This document shows positions 21,001-29,168 of a DNA stretch of 64,000 nt, in pieces (the first letter of the stretch is position 1; the number at the start of each line of letters is the position of its first letter). The DNA is taken from the NCBI GenBank assembly GCA_021209525.1, contig JAJOIF010000004.1, forward strand, positions 35,730 through 99,729, written 5' to 3'. The stretch comes from Minisyncoccota bacterium (GTDB lineage: Bacteria > Patescibacteriota > Minisyncoccia > Phycocordibacterales > UBA1006). The notes beneath the pieces are model-generated. The model worked only from the letters and a program-made list of their open reading frames with translations. It did no database searches and had not been told where the DNA came from. Position numbers and translations under genes: made by a program.

Positions 21001-21092
21001 ACAAAATCCATTTCGCCGTCGGTACCCCAAAGCTCCGACAAAAGCCGGATTACGGGTTGCTCTATGAGATTGTCTTCGTTGAAGGGGTTCAT
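18078..21092 (-). CDS. hsdR: Type I restriction enzyme R subunit
   Basis: 1004 aa. SF2 helicase motifs including MTDEAHRSQY (DEAH), GGGKSY, and a C-terminal coiled-coil. Confidence 0.9.
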   Translation of the reverse strand: MNPFNEDNLIEQPVIRLLSELWGTDGEMDFVNAYTDEGDAKLGREHQGQVVLVSRLRTTLEKLNSSIAKSAIDDAIEEITKDRSKMSMVKANKEIYELLKNGVKVDVVSGDGTRDVETVRVIDFDNPENNHFTLVSQMWILGDMYKRRADLVGFVNGLPLVFIELKAAHKNLRDAFDGNIRDYKDTIPQMFWYNQLLIISNGLDAKMGSITSGFEHFSDWKRISDEEEKGRVDLETLLRGMCDKTRLLDIIENFVLFQDTNKGMIKLIGKNHQYLGVNNAIKSFEKREENNGRIGVFWHTQGGGKSYSMVFFAQKILRKYEGNYTFLVVTDRQELDKQIYANFAGVGAVLEPEEMVRASSVQKLRELLTEDHRNIFTLIHKFQLQEGETEFPVLSERSDIIAMTDEAHRSQYDTLALNMRRALPNASFIGFTGTPLISGEEEQTKSTFGDYVSIYDFKQSVDDKATVPLYYDNRIPELQIDLESLGQDLGTVLETFELDDDQEKKLEREFNTEYHLITREERLNTIARDVIEHFNSQGNDGKALFVAIDRPTAVKMYNKMKTQPNCPDIAMVMSSTQNEVDDFRKLGLDIETHRRRMINEDLEKKFKDVNDPLKIVIVCNMWLTGFDAPIISTVYLDKPMKNHTLMQTIARANRVWGAKTNGLIVDYIGVFRSLKKALAIYGARGDEDAKPIKPKTELVNELRGVLGELDKYCSEYGINIVQIGEAVDFEKLALIENAVDAILTDEESKNEFLTMSNRATSLLGAIMPDPSASEFFNVVKLYRVLAERVRILTRKDVNVEDVADAIEELLDNAITAEGYVISEDYKPYDLSKIDFEKLRKYFEKNKRKEAEKLKQSLKEKLEELVRLNPTRQKLVEQFEKLLSEYNSGSKNIEEFFEALMKFAESLNDEEKRGVREELIEEELAIFDLLYKEDLKENEIKEIKKVAKELLKTLKQTAFVLDWRKTQQGRAKVLVTIKDVLYDELPEPYDEGLIESKTSKFWICV

Positions 21093-21105
21093 ATTTATAC
21101 TATAA

Positions 21106-22209
21106 TCAATTTATTAAATTATTTAAAGCGTTTTCAGCTCTCTCTATTAAATCATCGTAAGTTAAAACTTCAACCCAATGAAAATAAGAAAGAAGCCTTC
21201 TTAAGTTTTTTGGTTCTGCAGATATAGTTTGAGAAGTACTATTTTTTACCAATTCTTTACCGCGTCTTCCTATAAGTAAAATACCTTTTGGTTTATAGTA
21301 TTTCCCATATCTATCTTCAAGTATTTCGTGACCTGTTTCATCATCTCTTTCATGAGAATATTCACTATAGTAATATTCCATATAACCTGTTAATTGACCA
21401 AGAGATTCTGCTAATTTAGGTGAAATATATTGTCTTTCTCTATCATCAGCTCTTAGTAATTCTTCTGAAGGTAGTTTTACTTCTAAAATATCTGATAATC
21501 CATCTATTCTTAAAAGCCTACCATCAGGATGACCACTAAAACCTGCATCTCTAAAATCTAAATTCTTATATTCAGGACCAAAAATCCATGGATTATTTTT
21601 TAAGAAATTTTGAATATCTGAAACCTCTTTTACGTTTGGATCTTCTATGAGTTTTTTAAATTCTTTTATTTTTTCTTGCTTCTCCTGAATTTTATTTTTT
21701 GTTAAACCTTTTTTTATTAAATCAGGAACATCTAAATCAGAGGTTAAGTAGCCATCTTCAAAAAGTTTTATAAGAGTTTCTTTTCCTTTCTCATCACTAA
21801 CAAGAGTTTTTAATTTTTTATCTAAATCTTCGTCTAGCTCTAAATTATCTTCAAAAGAAAGCTTGCCAGCAGAAACAGAAGAAAGATTTGCAGAAGTAAT
21901 AAATTTCAAAAAATTTGTTAAAGTTATTAAATTTTTTGTATCAAGTCTCACTTCAGAAGCGGGTACAAGTTTACCAGCTTTAATTTCAAATTTTTGTATT
22001 TTTAATTCAACAACTTGGTCCTTCTGACTTATAAAAGTTGCTTTAATTTGAGTTCTACCTGTCTCGTAAATAATCTCCTCTTTGCTCTGAAAATCATCTG
22101 AAACAACAGAGAGTATTTTTCCATTAGGAAAATCCGAAGTATATATTTTATCTTCATGTTTATTTGAAACATAATCTTCTTCTGTCGGATCGTAATTACT
22201 TAAGCCCAT
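21106..22209 (-). CDS. Hypothetical protein with a PD-(D/E)xK-like nuclease signature, embedded between hsdS and hsdR (possible Shedu/DUF4263-like defence gene)
   Basis: GHPDGRLLRIDGLSDILEVKLPSEE carries a PD...(D/E)xK arrangement. Tight coupling to hsdS stop and hsdR start. Confidence 0.4.
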   Translation of the reverse strand: MGLSNYDPTEEDYVSNKHEDKIYTSDFPNGKILSVVSDDFQSKEEIIYETGRTQIKATFISQKDQVVELKIQKFEIKAGKLVPASEVRLDTKNLITLTNFLKFITSANLSSVSAGKLSFEDNLELDEDLDKKLKTLVSDEKGKETLIKLFEDGYLTSDLDVPDLIKKGLTKNKIQEKQEKIKEFKKLIEDPNVKEVSDIQNFLKNNPWIFGPEYKNLDFRDAGFSGHPDGRLLRIDGLSDILEVKLPSEELLRADDRERQYISPKLAESLGQLTGYMEYYYSEYSHERDDETGHEILEDRYGKYYKPKGILLIGRRGKELVKNSTSQTISAEPKNLRRLLSYFHWVEVLTYDDLIERAENALNNLIN

Positions 22210-22213
22210 AATT

Positions 22214-23383
22214 TTATTTCACCTCAACTCTCCCGCCGACTAACTGCGGAATGAGGATGTCTCTTGTTTTTTGTAAATTTTGGTTTTGTTTTTCAAGATT
22301 ATATTTTTCAATCATCATCTCTTTTACATGTTCACCAAATTTTTCACACAAATCCACTGGTGGTAAATAAACTTTTTTTGCTGAAAATTCTGGCCAATGA
22401 CCCTTGTAGTCGTTGAAATAAATTAAATCTTTTGTTGCAAAATGTAACCAAAAAATATTTCTATAATTTTCTTTGCTAGGATAAAACGGCAAGACATTTT
22501 GAATAGCTGAAAACGGAAACATAATCAAATTTTGATAACATGTGTGATTTGCAAAAACAATAACAGGATTTTCTGTACTTGCATTTATACCTGGCTCATC
22601 ATTATGATAACCAATCACACCACTTTTCCCTTGATCTAAAATAGGAACATTTCCAATTGGTAAAGCTGTTTTATTGTCGTATTTTTTACCAACCGAAACT
22701 CTTTCAATCAAATCCTCAACTTTCTTCACCTCCCACCCATTAGGTAATCCATCTTTTACCGGTCTTACAAACCATTCTTTGTAGAGGGTTTGAGCGAGGG
22801 TTTCGAGGGTTTTTATTTTCTTTTGATTCACCTCAATCAAATCATCATACGCCGAAAGCACCTCCGCAATTTTCTTTTGTTCTTTATATTCTGGAACCAA
22901 AAAATCAATAGAAAGCATTTTTTCAAGACTCAAGTTATCTTGAGCAGCACCACTTGAAATAGATTGAAAATCTTTTTTAAACAAATCGAGCAAATATTTT
23001 ACAAATCTTACACCAGAAACATTTTCATAAGACCTAAATCCAACAACACTATCGGGAAAACATGCTGGTATTTTTAGAATAGCACTCTCAGAAATATTCG
23101 CCGCAATTGTAATACAAAGAGTATCAGGTTCCCAAAGTTTACTTTGAGCGAGTCCTTTTTCGTTATATGTTTGGGAATATTCTGAAATATAACAGTTAGC
23201 AGATTTTATATCTGAAGTTTGAATAAAAGGATATTCACCTCCATATAGACTTGAATCATTTCTTGGACGATGACGAGAGCGACCTCTATTTAATTCACCT
23301 AAATCGGTCAACCTCACCCTCTTCCACTCCGCCTTGCGAGTTTTCTCCCCACTATTCTTTTGTGTTGTTTGTGTTTTATTCAT
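22214..23383 (-). CDS. hsdS: Type I restriction-modification specificity subunit
   Basis: 389 aa with two target-recognition-domain halves and central/distal conserved repeats. Confidence 0.85.
   Translation of the reverse strand: MNKTQTTQKNSGEKTRKAEWKRVRLTDLGELNRGRSRHRPRNDSSLYGGEYPFIQTSDIKSANCYISEYSQTYNEKGLAQSKLWEPDTLCITIAANISESAILKIPACFPDSVVGFRSYENVSGVRFVKYLLDLFKKDFQSISSGAAQDNLSLEKMLSIDFLVPEYKEQKKIAEVLSAYDDLIEVNQKKIKTLETLAQTLYKEWFVRPVKDGLPNGWEVKKVEDLIERVSVGKKYDNKTALPIGNVPILDQGKSGVIGYHNDEPGINASTENPVIVFANHTCYQNLIMFPFSAIQNVLPFYPSKENYRNIFWLHFATKDLIYFNDYKGHWPEFSAKKVYLPPVDLCEKFGEHVKEMMIEKYNLEKQNQNLQKTRDILIPQLVGGRVEVK
23309..23383. repeat. 75-bp direct repeat, copy A (authentic hsdS 5' end)
   Basis: ~90% identical to 24201-24273. 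Confidence 0.8.
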
Positions 23384-23455
23384 AAATTCTTGTTTGTGGA
23401 TAACTATTTACATTTTTGACCATTTTTGATATATTGTAAATGTAGGTTTTTCCTA

Positions 23456-24166
23456 CTAATCACGCGGTCCCGCTTTTGCGGGATTTTCGCTTTTTGGCTC
23501 GTAATTTCTTTTTCCTGTATAGAGTCGCCCAAAATCAAAATATTTATCTTTAATTTTATGCAGTTCTTCTGCGACTTGATTTCTCACTCCACAAATCCCA
23601 ATCTTTTTATTTTCAATTTTCAATCTTTGTAAAGGACCCTGCATATCAGAATCCCCAGAAAACAAAATAACTGCAGAAAACTTTTTTGCATCATCTAATA
23701 TGTCCATAGTCATCTCTACATCAAAATTACATTTTGGTTCTTCTATTAAAATACCTGGTTTATGTAATTCGTCTACAAGTTCTTCAATTTTACTTTTTAC
23801 ACCATCATCAAAAAGAGTCATAGTTTTACGCTGAAAAAACATTCCTTCTTTTATTGTCTTGGGAATATACTTCATTGGTTTTGTTTTTAGGATTGCACCA
23901 GTTTTTAAAATTCTTTTATGAAAAGCTTTTGAGTTTTTCAAATCTCTGGTATTTAAACCATAGTAAACTTTTATTTCTTGAATATTTTTATATGTTTTTA
24001 GTTGTTCTATCAAGTCTTCTATTCTAAATTTCCAACCCAAAACATCTTGCCAGTGGAACATATTTGTTAAATCCAAATACACAAAAACCACAGGCTCTTT
24101 TTCTAACCATTCTAGATAGTCTTCTCTTACCATAATTTTATTTTTAATATCCTGTGGTATTTCCAT
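23456..24166 (-). CDS. NYN-domain (LabA-like PIN-fold) nuclease
   Basis: VFVYLDLTNM... and AVILFSGDSDMQGPLQRLKIENKKIGICGV match the NYN/LabA fold. Confidence 0.65.
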   Translation of the reverse strand: MEIPQDIKNKIMVREDYLEWLEKEPVVFVYLDLTNMFHWQDVLGWKFRIEDLIEQLKTYKNIQEIKVYYGLNTRDLKNSKAFHKRILKTGAILKTKPMKYIPKTIKEGMFFQRKTMTLFDDGVKSKIEELVDELHKPGILIEEPKCNFDVEMTMDILDDAKKFSAVILFSGDSDMQGPLQRLKIENKKIGICGVRNQVAEELHKIKDKYFDFGRLYTGKRNYEPKSENPAKAGPRD

Positions 24167-24167
24167 A

Positions 24168-24272
24168 TTATTTTCTAAAATTAAATTTAAGTAAAATGCC
24201 CAACTTCACCCTTTTCCACTTTGCCTTGCGAGTTTTCTCCCCACTATTCTTTTGTGTCGTTTGTGTAGTCAT
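24168..24272 (-). pseudogene. Truncated duplicate of the hsdS 5' end (34 codons, MTTQTTQKNSGEKTRKAKWKRVKL... then stop) immediately upstream of the NYN gene
   Basis: Reverse complement of 24201-24272 encodes MTTQTTQKNSGEKTRKAKWKRV; the hsdS N-terminus is MNKTQTTQKNSGEKTRKAEWKRV. Its stop is 1 nt before the NYN ATG. Confidence 0.7.
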
Positions 24273-24273
24273 G
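24201..24273. repeat. 75-bp direct repeat, copy B
   Basis: caacttcacccttttccactttgccttgcgagttttctccccactattcttttgtgtcgtttgtgtagtcatg matches copy A. Confidence 0.8.
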
Positions 24274-24276
24274 TAT

Positions 24277-25746
24277 TTATAGTAATAACAAATAATCTAA
24301 AGGAATCTTCACTATACTATCCTCTGATAATTCTAAAGAATCACTACCAAAAACAATTCCATACTTTGCTCGACCTTTTGTTTTTTTCATAGTTGTTTGA
24401 ACTTGGTTTATTTCATTCTTTGAAAAACCAATTTCAAATACAATTTCTGTATTGTCTTTAAATCGAACAATAAAGTCCGCTCCGCCTGACCCATAATCAT
24501 AGTATGCGTCTACTTGTCCATAGAGTTCTTTTGAAAATAGTAAAGCCAAATAATCTTCAAGAATTTTTCCTTTTATATCAACACCTATTACACCACTCAA
24601 AAGACCTATTCTAATATTAGGACTCATAAAGAGGTATTTCCCACTTTTTTTTACTTGCTTATATGGTTGTCCGTATGCTTTTAATTCATAAAGAATTTCA
24701 GCATCAGTGAGAGCGGATAGAATTTTATTCAAAGTTAACGGAGCCAAATCTATTGTTTCCGATAGTTTTTTTATACTTATCTCATCACTATTTGCAAGAA
24801 GAAAAAGTACATTTGGGATTTTTACCAGAGTCTCTGCATTAAAGTCATTAAGCAAAATCAAATCTCTTTGCACAATATTAATCAGAATCATTGCTTTTAT
24901 TCTTTCAAGGGCTTCTGACTCGTTAATCATTTCAGCAGAAAATGGAAAAGAGCCTCTATAAAAATAGTCTTTCTTGAGATCGTTTAAATTTGTAATAGTA
25001 GAAAGTTTTTTAATAATTACTGATTGTAGTTGTTTTATTTTATCAAAAACTTCTTGAGCATTTTTGCTATGAAAAATTGCTCGAGCTAGATTTTTAGATA
25101 AATCTTTCTCTGGAAAGATATCTTTATGTAAAGTTAGATACTCACAAAACTTTGTAGGTAAAACCCTTTCTGTTTTTGACCTTCTCACCAAATCTTTGTT
25201 TTTTTGATTAAGGAAAATTGCAGAAGATCCTGTTGCAATAACAAGAATATTTTTGTTTCCTTTTGTTTTATCAAAAAGTAATTTTAAGAACAAATCCCAC
25301 TTTGGATCGTATTGAATTTCATCAATAAGTAAAAGAATTTTCTTTTTATTCTGCAATAAATTTCCCCAAACATTTTTTTCTAAATAATCAATGAATTCAC
25401 CCAAAGAAATATCTTCAGAAAGCAAACGGTCAACAGAAATATAAATCCTTTCATCTACCGTAGTGTTAATATCTTTAGATAAATGGTTTACTGGTTTATT
25501 TATTTCAAAAAAATATAATTGAGATAACAAGGTTGTTTTACCAACACCACGAATACCTGGTAGAATAATTATTTTTTCCTCTTCGGGTAATTCTCCTGAT
25601 ATAAGTTTATTTACATATTTTTGTAACATTAAATAAGAGGAACGAGTTTTTCTCTTTTTCCCTTCAGGTGTTTGAAAGTAGCTTTTTAGATATTGATCTA
25701 AATTTGACTTCCATTCGATATAGAATTTTTCAATATTTTTGTTCAT
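24277..25746 (-). CDS. AAA+ ATPase (archaeal-ATPase/AAA_14 + DUF4143-like) embedded in the type I R-M operon
   Basis: Walker A ILPGIRGVGKTTLLSQL, Walker B LLIDEIQY. Confidence 0.65.
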   Translation of the reverse strand: MNKNIEKFYIEWKSNLDQYLKSYFQTPEGKKRKTRSSYLMLQKYVNKLISGELPEEEKIIILPGIRGVGKTTLLSQLYFFEINKPVNHLSKDINTTVDERIYISVDRLLSEDISLGEFIDYLEKNVWGNLLQNKKKILLLIDEIQYDPKWDLFLKLLFDKTKGNKNILVIATGSSAIFLNQKNKDLVRRSKTERVLPTKFCEYLTLHKDIFPEKDLSKNLARAIFHSKNAQEVFDKIKQLQSVIIKKLSTITNLNDLKKDYFYRGSFPFSAEMINESEALERIKAMILINIVQRDLILLNDFNAETLVKIPNVLFLLANSDEISIKKLSETIDLAPLTLNKILSALTDAEILYELKAYGQPYKQVKKSGKYLFMSPNIRIGLLSGVIGVDIKGKILEDYLALLFSKELYGQVDAYYDYGSGGADFIVRFKDNTEIVFEIGFSKNEINQVQTTMKKTKGRAKYGIVFGSDSLELSEDSIVKIPLDYLLLL

Positions 25747-25979
25747 ATTACAATATAATCATATCACATTTCTGATTATATCCTAGTGTTTTCAAAAAGT
25801 AAATACCCTTTATATCCTTATTTTAAAGAGTTTTTAACACATTTCTGATATTGAGTTTTTGGCATTTCACTTTTTATATGATTTCGTATAAAAAGTGAAA
25901 TACCAAAAATGTGTATAATTATACATAAACTATACACATTTTATACATATTCTGATTTTGAATTGTAAAATAAGGCTTT

Positions 25980-27497
25980 TTACAGTATTTTCTTCAGATT
26001 TTCTTTGATTTTCTTTTCTAAAACCGCTGATTCTTTAAACAGATTCTCTAGGTCATTTGAAAGATTTTTGACTTTTTCTTGGAAATCCTCTTCTGATTCT
26101 TCTATTACTTCAGTACCCACATATCGCCCTGGGTTGAGCGAATATCCAGCTTCAGCAACTTCTTGCAATGTTGCAACCTTACACAGTCCTTTTACATCTT
26201 CGTATTTCCCTGCCCCGCTTTCGCCACGATACGCACGAACAATATTTGCAATTTGATCTATTTGCTCTGGAGTGAATTCTCTATGTGCTCGATCAATTTG
26301 TCGGTAAATATTTCTTGCATCAATAAAAAGAATTTTATCTTTTCTATTAGAATTTATTTTTCCTTTATCAAAAAACCAAAGTGTACAAGAAAGAGTTACG
26401 GTATAGAAAAAATTTCCACCAATCGCAACCATCACATCTACCACACCTGACTCGATCAACTTTTTTCTAATTTCAAGTTCTGTTCCTCGTGCGTCACTCG
26501 CAGAATTTGCCATAACAAATCCTGCGCGTCCGTTTTTGTTTAAGCTTTCATAAAAATGCTCAATCCACAGATAGTTTGCATTGTCCACTGTTGGAATACC
26601 AAGTCTATATCTTTTATCTTCTCGTACTTTTTCCTTGTCTACACCACTGACATTAAACGGAGGATTTGCCATGACAAAATCAAATTGCCCCACACTTTCA
26701 TGCAAATCTTCATAAAAAGTATTTCCTTGTTTTATTTGCCCTTCGAGTCCGTGTACTGCAAGGTTCATTTTACACAAATCGGCACTTATTTCTGATTTTT
26801 CTTGTCCATAAATTGAAATAATATTTTGAGTGCTGTTTTTGTGTTTTTTTACAAATTCCGCGCTCTGTACAAACATGCCACCTGATCCACATGCAGGGTC
26901 ATAGACTTTTCCTTGGTACGGTTCGAGGATTTCTACAATCAATTTTACAAGTGAAGTCGGAGTAAAGAACTCTCCTCCACCCTGACCTTCTGCCATAGCA
27001 AAACTTGAAAGGAAATATTCATAAATTTTTCCAAAAACATCACCTTCTACATCCATCGGGATTTCACTAAAAGTTTTAAGAAGTCCAATCAAAATATGAT
27101 TTTCAAGTTTGTTGTATGTTTTTGGTAATACGCTTTTGAGGTTGGGATTATATTCCTCAATTTCTTTCATCGCATCATTGATTGCTTTTCCTATATTTAC
27201 ACCTTCTTTAAGATTGAGTAAATATGAAAAGCGAGCGATTTCAGGAATATACATAATTCCTTTTGCTTGATATTCTTCAGGACCGATCTTTCTCTCGCGA
27301 ACCAGAGAAGCTCCTGTTTTTTTAGTATTCTTCAGTTCATTATCCGCGTGTTCAAATTTAAATTCAGCAAATCTCAAGAAAATAAGCCCTAGAACTGGTT
27401 GAGAATATTGATGAACGGTAAGACCAGAATTTGCTCGCAATGAGTTTGCAGCATCCCACAATCGCTCTTCTAATTTTTTAAGACTTTCTTTTGCCAT
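25980..27497 (-). CDS. hsdM: Type I restriction-modification N6-adenine DNA methyltransferase subunit
   Basis: 505 aa. HsdM N-terminal domain. Motif I region [10 protein letters not shown]. Motif [11 protein letters not shown]. Confidence 0.9.
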   Translation of the reverse strand: MAKESLKKLEERLWDAANSLRANSGLTVHQYSQPVLGLIFLRFAEFKFEHADNELKNTKKTGASLVRERKIGPEEYQAKGIMYIPEIARFSYLLNLKEGVNIGKAINDAMKEIEEYNPNLKSVLPKTYNKLENHILIGLLKTFSEIPMDVEGDVFGKIYEYFLSSFAMAEGQGGGEFFTPTSLVKLIVEILEPYQGKVYDPACGSGGMFVQSAEFVKKHKNSTQNIISIYGQEKSEISADLCKMNLAVHGLEGQIKQGNTFYEDLHESVGQFDFVMANPPFNVSGVDKEKVREDKRYRLGIPTVDNANYLWIEHFYESLNKNGRAGFVMANSASDARGTELEIRKKLIESGVVDVMVAIGGNFFYTVTLSCTLWFFDKGKINSNRKDKILFIDARNIYRQIDRAHREFTPEQIDQIANIVRAYRGESGAGKYEDVKGLCKVATLQEVAEAGYSLNPGRYVGTEVIEESEEDFQEKVKNLSNDLENLFKESAVLEKKIKENLKKIL

Positions 27498-27506
27498 ATT
27501 GTTATA

Positions 27507-28181
27507 TTAAAGCATTTTTTCACTTTTTATACTAGTAAAACCTTTTGCTGTAATAACCAAATGATCTTGCACTTGTACGCCCAATAATTCCCCCGCCTTT
27601 ACGAGTCTTTTAGTTACTTCAACATCCTCTATCGAAGGTTCCAATGATCCAGAGGGGTGATTATGAGTAATAATAATACTCGAAGCATGTAATCGTAAAG
27701 CTGGTTCAAAAACTTCTCGTGGGTGCACTAAGGATGCGTCGAGAATTCCGACGGAAACAATGATTCGTTCAATTAATCGACTTTGTGTGTCTAAATAAAA
27801 AACCACTAGATGTTCTTTTTTGGAATCTTTAATGTCAGAACACAACAGCCAAACATCTTTTGGGGATAGTATTTCTACTTGATCATTTTGAGTAAAGCGT
27901 TTTCCTAATTCAATAACTGCAAGTATTTGTAATGATTTCACCTTACCTAATCCTTTAATATCTAAAAAATCATTCAAGGAAATATCTTGGACTCCTTTCT
28001 TTTGAATTACCCGGAGCGCTTTACGAGAAATTTCAAGCACATTAATCCCTTGAATTCCTGAGCTAAGCAAAATAGCAAGCAGCTCATAATCTTGCATTTT
28101 TCGTGTTCCATATTTTTCTAATTTTTCACGAGGTAAATATTTTTCATACATATTTAAATATATTAAAATAATCATGCTCAA
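27507..28181 (-). CDS. RadC-like JAB-domain protein (UPF0758)
   Basis: HhH-like N-terminus and JAMM motif HNHPSGSLEPSIEDVEVT. 10 nt upstream of hsdM. Confidence 0.8.
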   Translation of the reverse strand: MSMIILIYLNMYEKYLPREKLEKYGTRKMQDYELLAILLSSGIQGINVLEISRKALRVIQKKGVQDISLNDFLDIKGLGKVKSLQILAVIELGKRFTQNDQVEILSPKDVWLLCSDIKDSKKEHLVVFYLDTQSRLIERIIVSVGILDASLVHPREVFEPALRLHASSIIITHNHPSGSLEPSIEDVEVTKRLVKAGELLGVQVQDHLVITAKGFTSIKSEKML

Positions 28182-28255
28182 TAGCTTATTAAATATAATA
28201 TAATCTACTTCATATAAAAATAAAAACAGCCCCTTCCAGAACTGTTTCTTTACCC

Positions 28256-28648
28256 TTACTCTGCATACTCAACATCCCACAAGAATCCATTGCTGCCTTG
28301 TGGCCATATACGATCCTCAAAACTATTATTAATATCAAGGCATATCTTGCCGCGCATGTTATAGAGCAATACCTTGCCATGTGGTGTTGCAATACGCACA
28401 CCACGATGTGACTGCATGAAATCAAAGGGGCGCTCACCATTTTGCTGTTCCGGCTCTGTGGATATAATCATAATCTCATTCCCGGTACGCGGATCGGTGG
28501 TAATTTTGAAATGACCTTGATCATAATGGTGAACAATATCTATGATGATTTTTTCAAAGTCTTTTTGTAGGTAAAATTTTTCATCAACGGTGCGATCAAT
28601 AAAGATATGATCGAATCTTTTTTTGAATATTTCTATTATATTTTCCAT
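28256..28648 (-). CDS. Hypothetical protein (130 aa)
   Basis: Clean ORF with balanced composition; no recognisable motif. Confidence 0.4.
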   Translation of the reverse strand: MENIIEIFKKRFDHIFIDRTVDEKFYLQKDFEKIIIDIVHHYDQGHFKITTDPRTGNEIMIISTEPEQQNGERPFDFMQSHRGVRIATPHGKVLLYNMRGKICLDINNSFEDRIWPQGSNGFLWDVEYAE

Positions 28649-28736
28649 AGGTGCTTTTTTGTTTGTATGATACTCGTGTAAAAGTATGTGTCAATTGATG
28701 ACTATGATCAATTTTGAGATATTTTTATATCGCAGA

Positions 28737-28918
28737 TACGCGGGCTCGAGGGGCGGACCTCGTCAAACAGGGCAGGCTTCGCGGGTCCTTGGTTCGAGCC
28801 CCATCCGTCAACATAAATAAAAACACCAAAAGCTGTCGCTTGTGGTGTTAATATTTATGTGTTGGCGTCCTTGAGCCAGAACCGTGGTCAGTCAAGCCCT
28901 GCAAGGACATTTTTAGTT
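28737..28918 (+). ncRNA. Candidate structured RNA (~180 nt, GC-rich, unclassified)
   Basis: Sits in a 305-bp ORF-free gap. Stable hairpin CGAGG-GGCGGA-CCTCG. T-loop-like GGTTCGAGCCCC. Hairpin caccaaaagctgtcgcttgtggtg. Terminal stem GTCCTTG...CAAGGAC followed by ATTTTTAG. Confidence 0.3.
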
Positions 28919-28952
28919 TCTTTATCTTATCATTCCGACGGTCTTTGAGCAC

Positions 28953-29144
28953 CTATAAAATCACCTGGTTTCCGTCTTTATCTAGCACCACTCCTTTTGG
29001 CAGTTTATACCTATCTGGATTTTGTTTTCTATCCTGATCTAGTAGCCACTGAAAAACTGCTACCACTCTATCAGTTTCTTCCTTAGTCCAATTTTTAGGA
29101 TTTCTTTTATCTTCTTGATTCATAAAAAGTGACAAAAGTGACAC
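28953..29144 (-). CDS. Small hypothetical protein (63 aa), last gene of the NTase operon
   Basis: ORF 25 nt downstream of the TM effector gene. Confidence 0.3.
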   Translation of the reverse strand: MSLLSLFMNQEDKRNPKNWTKEETDRVVAVFQWLLDQDRKQNPDRYKLPKGVVLDKDGNQVIL

Positions 29145-29168
29145 AGTTTTGAGTATAAAAGTTACAAA

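Noticed and set aside
28745-28775. Similarity of CGAGGGGCGGACCTCGTCAAAC to the E. coli tmRNA PK1 segment (GAGGGGCGGUUGGCCUCGUAAAAAG)
   Set aside because: No tRNA-like acceptor/T-arm pairing and no tag-peptide reading frame (…AA-stop) nearby. The loop-complement needed for the pseudoknot is absent. Kept only as an unclassified ncRNA candidate
28737-28918. RNase P RNA (GGGCUC…AGGGCAGG and CAGAACC…GGUCAGU blocks)
   Set aside because: Only ~180 nt are available between flanking ORFs, far too short for P1-P4/P8-P12 architecture. Proposed P4 strands do not pair convincingly
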